Positions 49,034-61,800 of a DNA stretch of 64,000 bases are shown here, piece by piece. Made by a program: the position numbers and the translations under genes. Under the pieces are notes generated by a model that worked only from the letters and a program-made list of their open reading frames with translations, did no database searches and was not told the DNA's origin. Every line of letters starts with the position of its first letter. Position 1 is the stretch's first letter. This stretch comes from Lepidodermella squamata. Its lineage: Eukaryota; Animalia; Gastrotricha. The stretch covers positions 4,526,001-4,590,000 of the forward strand of contig JBLDXI010000024.1 of the NCBI GenBank assembly GCA_047495785.1, written 5' to 3'.

Positions 49034-49557
49034 GTGCTGTTAAAGGAGGGCCGTACATCATTTCTGATTGCATTGCCAAAAAGTATGGCCCATGCCAATA
49101 AAACCTGATGCCTGCTAATTTTGGGTTACTCTCAATGACGATGAAAATGTCTATTAGCATTTTAACCTCAATTGCGTTGGCTATCAAGTCAACATTTGTT
49201 CCATGCCCGTAAAAGTGCGCGCTCATTACGGTTGATAAGACAGCCGTTTAACATATTTTCGACTTAGTCACAAATTTCATTTTTGTTCAATTTTGCGATG
49301 AGATATCCGATCTCAAAATTTGCCTCATTTTTAGCTGGCAATGAGAGGTATTTCTTTCAATAGTGAAGGAGGCGCCATCGCATGGGAAAGGCCGAGTTCC
49401 TTTATTTTTGAATTTTAGAAAATGCGTTTAAAAATTTCACTCGTATTCAATAACACTGAGTATTTTAGTCGTAATTTTTTTATAATTTTTTATTCAATGA
49501 TTTTTCTTACCTTGAATAACGTACATGTGACGAACTCTATTCGTAATAAATACACAA

Positions 49558-49639
49558 GTCGCTATGCCCGAGTGGTTAAGGGGTCTGACTAGAAATCAGA
49601 TGCGGTCTCCGCGCGTAGGTTCAAATCCTACTGGCGACG
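49558..49639 (+). tRNA. tRNA-Ser-AGA: tRNA-Ser (anticodon AGA)
   Basis: GTCGCTATGCCCGAGTGGTTAAGGGGTCTGACTAGAAATCAGATGCGGTCTCCGCGCGTAGGTTCAAATCCTACTGGCGACG; long variable arm; TTTTT terminator. Confidence 0.96.
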
Positions 49640-51199
49640 AAACTTTTTACTCTTTCTTTATTTTTTTCTATTTTATTTTTATTTTTTTATTTTTTTACTT
49701 AGTAGATTCTATCTAATAGAATAGTTTTAATTGGATGCGACGAGCGGCTTGTGGCGGCTGGGCATATACGGCGTGCCCAGCATGTAGTGCGTGCCCGGCT
49801 TACTAACGCGGTGTGCGCGCGCCCTGTTGCGTAACTTTTGAGACTCACAAAAGCGGACTAACACGCGACACGAACTCAAGACCATCAAGTGATATCGTAA
49901 TTGCGAATATGCAAATATACACACTGAGCGGCTTACCTTTTCATGCAAAAAGGGGTGATGATATTGCCGTTGAATGAGTACTCTGGTTTCCGCGCAAAAC
50001 GTACAAATCTTTCGCCTTTTACTAAAGATTTCCGTGCGTGGGAACATTCAATGAGCCTTCGGGCGATTTCTTGGGCTTCTCCGATGAAGAGAAGCGAAAT
50101 GACACAAACAAACATCCGTAAATTGCATTCGAATCACTCAAACACTCTCTAGAATGCGTGACCTGCTTTTTCACTTGTCAAGATCTGTAGTAAGAGTGAG
50201 GCAGAACCAACGCAGCTGACAAATGAAAACTGGCAACTATTTTAATTCAATTTATCTCAAATGGCGATGTCTGCCCTTTTCTTTAAATATTGTTACCATT
50301 GTAGTTTCGATCATAGGGTATACACAGGCAAGCTATATTCGCCCAGCCTTAATTTTCTATATTAAAAATAAAGCAGAAAATAATGCAAGAAACTTTCAAG
50401 CTAGGCACCGGGCTACATTTATTATTTTATTGAAAACTACACAAAACTTGATGTTAAAATATTTTCAAAATGTTTTTGTTTTTTTCTAAGGGATGACCAG
50501 ACTTTTTTTTATGAAATTTCCGCAGTATCGCAATTCAATTAATTTGCCAATAATTATTCCTGTAATTTTTCTATTTTTTTTCACGAATTTTTTCACGAAT
50601 TTTAAATAAAATTAAATAAAATTTTGATGAAAACCTGCGATTTTCAAAAATCGGTTTTTTTAATTCTTTTTATCGAGAAGTGATGCAAATGCCATAATGT
50701 GATCGAATATCGGCCGCGCCTATTAATCTGAGAAATTGCGATTATACAGCATTCTAGCGTTTTCAGCTACTTTTTTGGAAACTTTTACCTTTTACCTGTT
50801 GGAGCAGCTCTGACGCAACTATCGGCGAAGCATAGAAAGATATCGTATCCATGGCTATCAATATTCAATATCAATAGCATCAATTTTACTCATGAATCGG
50901 CCCTCGTTTTTACTCGAAAACAGTCCAAATTAAATTTATAGTGAAAAATCAGGGTGAAATCGTAAAATTTCAAAGAATTTCAAGAAATTTCAAGATAATC
51001 AATTTAAGAAGAATCAAGTTGTTTCGAGTATGTATTATGAATTTCTGAACAGGGTTTTGATCGAAAAAAGATTAGACCTGCGGTTTTCCAGAAGTTGCAC
51101 ACATATTTTCGATTTGGCAACTTTTTGTGGGAGATTAAGTCACATTTTTTTATATTGAACCCACTGAGGATACCATCTTTTTTCCGCGATTAAAAAAAA

Positions 51200-52025
51200 A
51201 TGGAAAAATTTCCGGAGAAAACTCGGAAACTCCCAATTAAAGCGTCCGTAAAAATGACCACGTCGATCATATGGGCGACCGTCTGCCTCCACAACTACCT
51301 CATGTCGAGCAAAAGTGAAATTAACGAAGAATTCCTAACGTATTGTTGCCCGTCGTTCGCTGATCGAGTAGCCAGAGACATCGAAATCAACGGCTCTTGG
51401 CGCGAAGTGATTGCTGGAGACGATCCCGAAAACCCTGGCCTCGTACCGCTTCAGCACGTCGGGAATCGAGGCTCGCGTGATGCCGTCGCGAATCGAGAAA
51501 CATTAAAAAAGTTTTTCATTTCGGAACATGGCGAGGTCTACTGGCAATACAAATCTATCAGCATTGGGTTGACAAATCGGCTCACCGTTTCAGACGAATA
51601 TCGCCAATTGGCGAACGATTCAATGAATTGATCAAAACAATTGGATAATTTGAAACTTTAATTTTGGGAAATTAATTTCACGAATAGAACATTTGCTCAA
51701 AACTTAATTTATGTGAGCCATCTATGATAAAAATGTGTTTAACTGCGCTTAAATAAATAGTTTTTGGTACCACAACGTAGCTCTCCAGCTCATTAATAAG
51801 ATTTTAATGCCATATCAAACTAATCGCGCATCATTAACAAGATAAGAAGGGGTTAAATAGCATCAACGCGCACATTACTCATTTTCTTAGGTATTCATTT
51901 ATGAATGTTTTTTTTACGCGCTGCTTAAGCAATAGGTATTGCTGAAACCGCCATTGCTCAATGCCCAATGCCTATTGCTCATTGCTCATTGCCTATTGCT
52001 CAAGGTAGTCATTTGTGCGACAGCC
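51200..52025 (+). mobile_element. PIF/Harbinger transposase C-terminal fragment (5'-truncated), with a possible right terminus at ~52025
   Basis: IIWATVCLHNYL...YCCPSFAD...GSWR...N...A...RETLKKFFISEHGEVYWQ matches the HARBI1-type DDE C-terminus; ...tgtgcgacagcc|tta resembles a Harbinger end. Confidence 0.8.
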
Positions 52026-52878
52026 TTAACTGTTTCGTTTAGAAATTTTCGGCATTTCGTGGTTGGACCAAACACCAAATGTCTCTGATGGACTTTAGAG
52101 TTCAGCAAAAAATAATGTTGGGTCCAGAATGCGATAAACAGTTTGAAATACAAGTCGTAAGATAGTCAATGCAAAAAGGTTGTAGCGAGAACGCATACCT
52201 ATTGCCATTTTCGACGATGAAAATTTCGATTTTTTGAAATTTCTCTGTCAACCGGTTTTTACAGCTCGCATCGCGATAGGTGTGGACGAGGTGTGTTGCC
52301 GTTTTTTCTATTATAGGTTGTCATGGCGCAATCATCTATTATACATCGGCATCGGAAAGCCTGGACACTTCTGATCGGCCGTTACCCTTCCAGCATAAAT
52401 CATAAATCAAGCATTCGCAATGACGTCAAACACGACATTGGCATGATCGGTCGATGGTCAATGTTAACAAATGAAGTTTATAAGCAGCGAGTTTTTTTAT
52501 GCATTTTGCAGCAAATTCATCGCGTATTACAGATTTATGAGCCCCGGATCTTAAACTACGTCATAGTGTCAAGACTGACGTAAGGCTTTGCGTCTATTGA
52601 TTCGAAAAAAATCACGAGGAAAAAACAGACATATCATATCATAGCCGTATGAATTATGCAAAAGATAGAACCCCCTAGCGAAATTATTACTAAACAAAGA
52701 AATCCATTGTTTTCGCTTCCTATTGTTTTTTCAGGCATGTTGACAATACATGTTTGTTTATTCAATGTGATGAATAAAATTGGGCGTGAAACTGGACGTT
52801 ACATACGTATCAGGCCGGAAGTACGGAACGCGCGTTTTTGCATGTATGACTGATTCAAAATTCAAATAACTCTAAATC

Positions 52879-55800
52879 ATGGGAATCGAGATTCTGGGTT
52901 TTTCCCTAATCTTTCTGTTCACCTCAAGAGCTGTCGAAGGCCGTTAGTGTTTTGGAGGCGGGTAACATGCCTTCGATTTCTTTTCTTTTACAGAAACGTG
53001 TACCCCAACTTGCCAGAATGGCGGGAGTTGCGTGGCTCTGAATACCTGCAGCTGCGTGGATGATTGGACTGGACCTACTTGCACAACACGTTAGGCTTCA
53101 TTCATGCTTTGATGAGTTGAAATTCAGATGCTATTCAATATAGTTACACCTTGCCAGAATGCTGAACTACTTTCAAAGCTTGCCTCTTGGGGAGGTTCCA
53201 TATCAGGATCAACAGGGGTTCCCGCGAATGGTAACGGGAATCTACCAACTGGCAACTTTTGGCAGCCAACCGGTACAGAATCGAACATTTACATCGAATT
53301 CAATTTTGGCCGCGAGGTTTCGGTCAAAACTATCGGCATCGCAGCAGGCTCACCATTTATCGGCTATATCACGGCGTATACTCTATCCTTCCTAGCTAAA
53401 GCCGGACTTGGCGAGTTGATGGTTCCTGTGCTTACAAATATGTCAGATCCTAACAGCGCCCCTGTGATTTACAGCACTTCCCCAAACGCATCAAACAACA
53501 CGTATTTCTATCCAACTACTCTCTGTCCTGTTGTTCGTACGCAAAAGCTAAGAATTCATGTTAAAATCGGATCGGGAGCTCTGACCAACATTCGTTCTCG
53601 GTTTTTGATCTACGGCTGCCCAACTTATGCTGGATGCACAGTTTGCTCAGCAGGCAGTCAATGCCTTTGCCCCATAGGTTACATCAGCAATGACACAACT
53701 CTGAATCCATGGCCTCATTGCGGTAATTTATTGTTTCGCAATATCACTGTTCCTATCGCATCCATTTTTCAGACCAACTGACTTTGCCTGTTTTGGACTG
53801 CGAGGATATCGCGATGCGCCAGCCTAGTGCTCAAAGTGGTGTCTATACAATTTATCCGATCGGATCTCCGCCAATTCAGGTGTACTGCGATATGACATCG
53901 CTCGGTGGGGGCTGGACAGTTTTCCAACGCCGTGCATCACCAACAGTGGATTTCAATCGAAACTGGGTCGATTATCAGTCATTTTTCGGATCATTCAGTG
54001 ACAGCTTTTGGCTTGGCCTAGAGAGCATCTCTGCTATTACTAACACGCCTTATAATACCTATAAACTGACTATCAAAGCATCAGATTTGGACTTCAATTA
54101 CAACGGCCTTCACACATGGAGGGGCTTCAGAATTAGTCCTGCTGCTAGCAATTACGCTCTCACTTATACATCGGTTGGGATCGGCAATATGGGAAACAAT
54201 TTAGCGAACGCTCAGAACAGACCATTCAGCACTAAAGATCAGGACAATGACAACGTAGGCGGGTATAATTGTGCTCTTACCAACATGGGAGGCTGGTGGT
54301 ATGGCACTACATGCAGTGTCCCAACCTTGAATGGGTATATAATTCGAGAAATAAGTATAATGAAATTAACTCTGGGCATTCCAGGATTTACAACTCAACC
54401 GTGGCTTATCAAGGCGTTATGTGGAGTCCATGGGTTACATCGGGTTTCTCTCTGAGAAAGGCGCAGATGATGGTGAGAAGGCAACAAAATGACTTATTCG
54501 GAACCCCAGGTAAGTTCTAATAGAACCACTATCAAGGTTAAAGTTTCCCTTTCAAGCTGTTGCATTAACCTATACCAACCCGGCTGATTGTTCCGACATT
54601 GCGGTTAACATGCCTAATGCACCGAGTGGAGTCTACACAATCTACCCACCTGGCGGTAACCCTGTCCAAACATATTGTGAAATGGTGGCTTTTGGCGGGA
54701 ATTGGACTGTTATCCAACGAAATATCTATGGATCTCCTCAAAGCTTCAACCAAAACTACACAACTTACGAAACAGGCTTCGGAAATCCTAATGAGGCTTT
54801 CTATCTCGGAAATACTGCAATAAACCTACTAACTTCAGCTGGGCCTCTATACCAAATGGCTGTTGTACTTGAATTTGGTAGTGGCACTTTCGGAACTGCG
54901 AGGTACATGACTTTTTCGATAGACGGAGCCGCGTCCAATTACAAGTTAAATGTTACTGGTTACAATTGGCTGGATGATGTTGAAACCGCAGGCGATTCGT
55001 TACTCTCGCACTCTGGGCAAAGTTTCCAAGTTTATTCTAATAGATCGGGAGGCTGGTGGTTCAAAGACTGGGTTTCTGGGTCGTGCCTCGATTCAAATCT
55101 GAATGGAGTAGCCCTGAATGACACATTCGAGCAAGGAATAGTTTGGTCTTCCTGGAAAAGCCGGGTGAATTCGATCAAAAACAGTGTCATGATGATTCGG
55201 CCACTGGCTCTGAAACCTTACGATTGCTTGGATATATTCACGAACGACAACAGTAGTCAGGATGGTTTGTATTGGATATACCCCATTGGAATGAAGGCCC
55301 TTCGAGTCTACTGCTATTTCGGGGCACTTCCTTACATATCGAACACAACAGATTATCGTGGCATAACGGTATGAATAAAGTATTGACAATTTTGCCAGAT
55401 TCATAGGAATACATTTTTCACAGCTATTTCAAAAGCGAACGGCTGGAAATGTGAATTTTTCAAGAAATTGGCAAGATTATAAATGGGGATTTGCTGCACA
55501 GCCGTTCACAGCTTCCGGTGATTATTGGCTTGGTACTTATTAATACTCTCATCAATCATAAACACATCGTAGTTTGATAGGTAACGAGAACCTTTATCAG
55601 CTGACTCGGAGGCAGTGCAATGAACTTTTCATCATGACAACTGATCCCCGAAGTGGCGAGACTATTGCGCACTGGAAGGATTTTCAAATTGCATCCGAAG
55701 ATAACGGATATAGATTGTACGCCGATCCAGGAACATTTGATACTGCTTCAAATACAGGTAAATACTGAGTATTCATCGATCTTCAGGTTGAATATAGCCT

Positions 55801-58800
55801 TGAGGATTCTGCAGTCAATTCATTGGACATTCACAGCTACCAGTCCTTTTCCACGTTCGACAATGGTTCTGCTTCCAACTGCTTTGGTCCCGGCTCAACC
55901 AAAATGGAAGGTGGCTGGTGGGTTCAGGCTTCGTGCGCTTACAAAGCTAACCTAAACAACGTATGGGCCTCAAATATATCGCCGAAAGCTGTGGGCTATC
56001 TCAACTGGTCTATGACGTCGACCATGATGGGTATTCGTCGTAGATGTAAGCTTCGGCCACGCTTTTTCCAACTAAAGTGAATACAATACTCCCAGGGAAC
56101 TCTCCGTGTAAGATTTCGACAGGATCCGCTACGATCGGGGTGCAGGCGGCGATTGCTCCGGCAGACGTTGTGGCTTACACTCGAGATGTTGCCAATCGTT
56201 GGATATCTGGCGATAACATGCGAATTCGATTAGCTAACTACGGCAATTGGTATTCAAACGAAGATCCAGTGGCCAGGCGTGAGCATAACAGTGCAGCTGT
56301 ACAGTATACTTTTATATGACCTTTTCAAACAGCATGGAATCCACCATCAGATTGCGCCTATTATCAAAACCAACAGCCGTCAAATCTCAAATTCGTATCT
56401 GGAATATATGCAAACTATTCCGCGGGAGATTTCTCCGGGGTGGTTTTTTGCGACCAAGAAACATGGGGTATGGATCTTAATATTTACTGCGCAAAATTGA
56501 TCCAATGATCTTCTTACAGGTGGTGGTTGGGTTGTAATCCAGCGCCGCGTTGATAATACTGTTTCGTTCAATCGAACGATGGACGAATACATCAATGGTT
56601 TCGGCTCCTTGACAGGGAACTACTGGATGGGCCTTGAAGCCATGCGGAAGATAACGGCTTCAGCTTTACATGAAGTTCTTTTCGAGATGACTGGCCCTGA
56701 AGGTTATGCGTATGTTTCAGCCACAAACTTTTATCAGTGGTATCCAGGATATGGCTACGTTATGGGTGGATATCAATCGTGCTCAACTGGGGGCAGCCTA
56801 GTCATTGGTACAAATAGCAGGCCATTTCAAGTTGACCCGTGTGGTACGGGTGGTTGGTGGTTTCAACAGGCGTGCAATGCTTCTGCTGTCTACTCGAACC
56901 TTAATGCCGCATATAACGGGGTAGGAACTGGTGGAATCTACTCATCGACGTACAGCGCGTCTCTAATGAATCTGCAATGGACCGAGATCAAAATTCGAAG
57001 GGCGGCGCCAGTCCATGGGCGCTATGTTCGCGCGAAATCTTTCAGATGTGCCTTAGGTACGAGTACAATTTCGACCGTAGCGTCCGCAAATGATTGCCTC
57101 AACTTGTGTACGGCTTCAACGACTTGCGTTGTTGCTGTTCTAAATGGTCTAAGTTGCGATCAACGCACCTCCTTTTGTAACCCGGGCACGGGATCGGCAG
57201 ACCCCCTGTTCGACACTTACTTTAGAATGGAGAAATGCACCCACTTCAGCTCATGTGGCCCGCCCCTAGCCATGGGTTGGACGAATCTTGAAATTGTTGG
57301 AATGCCGACTGTCATGTCAGTCAATTACACCTGCTTACCGGGCTACACAAATGCTCTGGCTACTGGAGATTGGACTATTTTAACCTGTAATACCACAACG
57401 AGAAAATGGATCGGAGATTGGCTGCAATGCCGAACGTTGTGCGGGATTTACCCGGATTACAGCGATACAAACGCAACTAGGCTTCCGACTGTCGGTTTGA
57501 ATGCAGGGGTGTACAGCATTTACTACCAATGCTCGGCAGGTTTTTCGCTTATTTCGGGTAATTTGACGCAGACCTGCGCGCCGCCTTATGGAGCTTGGCA
57601 AGGAGTTGTTCCAGTTTGCCAAAATGCAAGTTGCCCACAGCCACCAACATTTGCCGGCACTACCAACAATTTCACGACCCCTGTTTCAATTCCGCTGAAC
57701 GAACGAATCATCGGAGATGCTGTCTGGCGTTACGACTGCGCGGCTGGTTACGAATTCAACGATACTAAATTGCCAAGTGCCACCCTGAGGTGCAACATCA
57801 CGACTAGGGACTGGTCTGGGACAGTTGGAACCTGCATCCCAGGCTGTTCATCGGTTGCCAACTGTTCTGGACATGGATCGTGTGTAAATGCCAGCACGTG
57901 CTCATGTGTAGCAGGCTGGACAGGTCCTAATTGCTCCATTCGTAAGTTTTCATGAACGGAAGACGACGCTACGATTTAACTTGTTTTTTCGAGTTGATTG
58001 TCCCTCCTGAGAAAATTGAACTCCTAATTATATTTTCAGCGTATGTAACAACAACCCCTCCTACTGTGGTAACAACGACCACGACTTCATGTCCATCATC
58101 TACAACTGCAGTTCAGTCCATCACTACTGTGCAATTGACTACAACTGCACTTCAGTCCATCACTACGGTGCAATCGACTACAACAGGACAATCGTCTTCT
58201 TCGATTGCTCCAACTATTGTCCAATCTACAGCTAAGCCGTCAACTACTACCCAGCTGGTTACAACGGTGAAGCCTAGTGAATCCATTGCTGAACTGGCAG
58301 TGGTTTCTAAGCTCCCCGACCAAGCTCTCGTCAGCAATGTATCAGCTATAAATTCTCAGGTGTTACAAGGCGCGAGTGCGATAACGGAGAGTTCAAGCCC
58401 GATAAACGTTGTGGCTGATTCTGTAAGTGACTAAATTTAATCGATCCCCTAGTTCCAATCGTTTATTGATCTTTAGCAAACCTTTCTTTCACTGTCGTCT
58501 GAGCTGATAACCAGATATGAAAAAATGGCTGCGAACCTATCAGTTGATACTATTCTTACAGTCTCTCAGGGTGAGTGTTAATTTTAGATGGGTTCAACAA
58601 CTGAACGATTCTATTTTAGCTTATACTGAATCTGTGAGCTCAGTCTTAACGACGGTTGTGGAGAATAATCTCATTCCTGAGCCTGAGTCTCCAGTAATCA
58701 TCCTACCGATAACGGCAGTGAGGTGCAAGGCCGATTCTTTCGATACCGAAGAGCACGTTACGACGCCTCCTAAAGTTGAATTGTCTGCGTCTCAAACTGA

Positions 58801-61800
58801 GAAACTGCTTAGTGACTTCAGAAATATGTTAGAAGGCATGGCATCTATGGTGAAAGGAGCCTTATCTGCTGGGAAAGACTACAGCTTCAACGGGACCTTC
58901 TTCTCAGTCATTATCAGCAACACATTGGCTGGGGATCTGCCTGGAATGAAGTTGTACACGAATCTTGCATCTGCCGAGATTCCCTTCGTCAGCAGTTTGT
59001 CGATTCTGCTAGACAATCCACCTAAAGGCCTCACAGAGACGAGCAAAATCTCGGTAGTTCTGACGGCCTATATTTCAAACGTCTTCGATCTGACGAAGCC
59101 ATTCAACATGCCCACGATTTCAATGAAAGTCTACTTCGGCTCAACAAGCCTTGTTTTGAACAAAAAGTACCCAGTCACGCTCACTGGCTATCCACTGGTG
59201 AGCAAAGCTCGGCAGCTTTCGACTGAGAAGGTCGAGTCGCAATGTGACGTGAGTAAAGTGAAATGCGACGTCTCTAGTAACGCGGACAAGTTGGGTTCTT
59301 TGGCTACGTTTCCTGTTTCAACAGACGCGGGGGATTTTATTCTAATATTTCCGGCTATTCAATTGGACTATTCTGTTTTTATTTCTCTCAATGCGACTCC
59401 GTCAGCTGGATCCTATACTTGGTCTATCAATGTGACCGGAAATAACGTAGCTGCAAGCGTCCACTCAACTCATGGCGCTTTAAAAATGAATTTTAATCCG
59501 AAAATTGAGCTAAGAGTTGTGATTCCAAATGCGGCGTTGAATTCTTTCATCAAGCTGAGGTCCTCGGATGGCGCAGTCGTTCAAAATAACTCATTCACTG
59601 TACGTGCTTTTGCCAAGAAAAACTTGACCCGATATTCGCCCTTGGACGATCTACCATCATCTGTTTGTGAAATGCAGAAGTGCTATGGTTACCATTTGCG
59701 TATTGGTTTTGCCTCGGAAGATCAAGTCATCGGATCCAGAAGACGGCGCGATGTGAGCTCGAACTCTTCGTCAAATGATTTCGAACTGGACTCAGGCTCC
59801 ACCGAATCAAGGGTTTCCTTCAAGTCGTCTTACTTTGGGGATTTCGGAGCTGATTTGTTGATCTCCCCTAATACGATTCAGTTCTCGGAAATCTTCTCCA
59901 ACTTTTCGACTCTTGTGGCTGATAATGCTTTTGTCCTCGCTTTTATGATCGTTTGCGTCATTGGATTCCTAGCCGCTGTTGGCCTTGCTGCCAAGTCTGA
60001 TCGGGAGGATCTCAAAGATTGGGCCTTCATGCCGCTGCTGAGTAACAAGCCGCATCATGAATGCACATACTTGATTTCAGTCGACTATTACAAGGTAAAG
60101 AGGTACGAGTTGCAACCCCACGTCTTCATTCGACTGATTGGAGAAGGCTGTGAGACATCATTCCGGGAATCGCATGATGGCATGCGCAAAAATTTCGCTG
60201 GCAAGTTTCCGGGCAATTTTGCACTCACAACAGCCTTCCCGATTGAGTACATCGAGGCTATTGAACTCGAGATAGTAAGCAATCCGTGGCCTGTTGGGAG
60301 CCGTCCATTTCAAATCTACATGGATAAAGTTGTCATCGTAGACGTTGAGACTGGAATGAAATACATATTCCCTGTTCGTTCGACTATGGAATCTGGTGAT
60401 CGTAGAAAGACTGATCTCGCGACCGAGGATGATATCAAAGGGTTTAGGTATCTAGTCAGCGGCCATTCACGAACAGGAATTACTGACAATCATCCTTGGC
60501 TATCGATCATCAAGCGACCTTTACCTAGTAACTGGACTCGGGCTGAACGACTCTCATGCGTGGTTTCAGCTTTATTCATGGCTATGTTGGTGAATTGCAT
60601 GTTCTACGGCCAGGAGGGCTCATCTCCTAGGATTGGGATTAATATTGGCGGGATATTCCGTATTTCGTGGTTCACCTTCTACACAAGTCTAGCTAGTTGT
60701 ATCATCATCATCCCGCCAACAACTATCATCGCTTTGATCTTCAAAAGAGTCAAGCGTCGCTCAGCTGAGAAGAGTAACTGGCTAACTATATTCAATGCAG
60801 TCGTCAACGATGACAATGAAGATGAAGATTCGGACGATATCGCAGAAGATTCGAAAAATAAAAACAAACAGAAAAAACCTTTCCAACTACCATTCTGGGC
60901 GGTGGGAATCGCTTGGTTTCGTGAGTTTTTCGAAGATTAATTTAGGCTTGTTTAGGTCTTCCATCTATTTTAGTTGTGGCCGCGTCAGTTGTAACCTCTG
61001 CATTCTTGGTTATTATGTACAGCCTCCAATGGGGCCGAGAAAAATCACTGCAATGGCTTTCAAGCATGGGAATGCACATTATTCAAGACGTTATTGTAGT
61101 TCAGTCGGTCAAAGTCTTACTGGTTTCAGTCTTCACGTCTTCACTTCTAAAACTGCCCGACGATGGAATGGCAATGGGCAAGCTTGTCTATTCTCGATGT
61201 AAAAAAAAATACATATCCGAGTTTTACCTATTACCTGGTTTTTTGTTTCAGATAACAAATCTGAAAAAACGATAGTTTTCAAGCGGATGAGAAATACCTT
61301 AGCAGGAATTGCCCACCACATTGCTTACGTCATAGCTTTCGCCTTGGTGATCGCGACCACTCAAAACACGTACCGATTTCAAATCGTGAAAGACATTCGC
61401 CCTTTGATTTCTTTTGATGGCGTTGATCAAGTGCTAGAACCAATAACAGACCACGGAAAGATTCTCGACTGGCTTGGCAACAAAGTCGTACCAAACTTCC
61501 TGAACGGAAATCAACTGAATTATGGCGGAGTCTTCAATCTGAAAAACATTTACGTCGTGCCTAACCATGATGTTGTAATAGTTGGCCCGATAAGGATCAG
61601 GCAGCAAAGAGTTTCAGACAGCCCTTGCGCGATTTCAAAAGCGGCTTTTCCGTCCTCCATGGCCCCTTATCTCGAAAGCTTGACTGACACAGCTTGTCAG
61701 GGTCCGTATTCAAATGAAGCCGGCCAAGGATCTTCATCCGAGAATCGAGACTTCTCTTACGGCTGGGGCACTCTGAATGATAAATTTGCTGACAAATCAA

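Noticed and set aside
48856-49226. ORFs overlapping tRNA-Pro
   Set aside because: Incidental translations of tRNA and AT-rich flanks.
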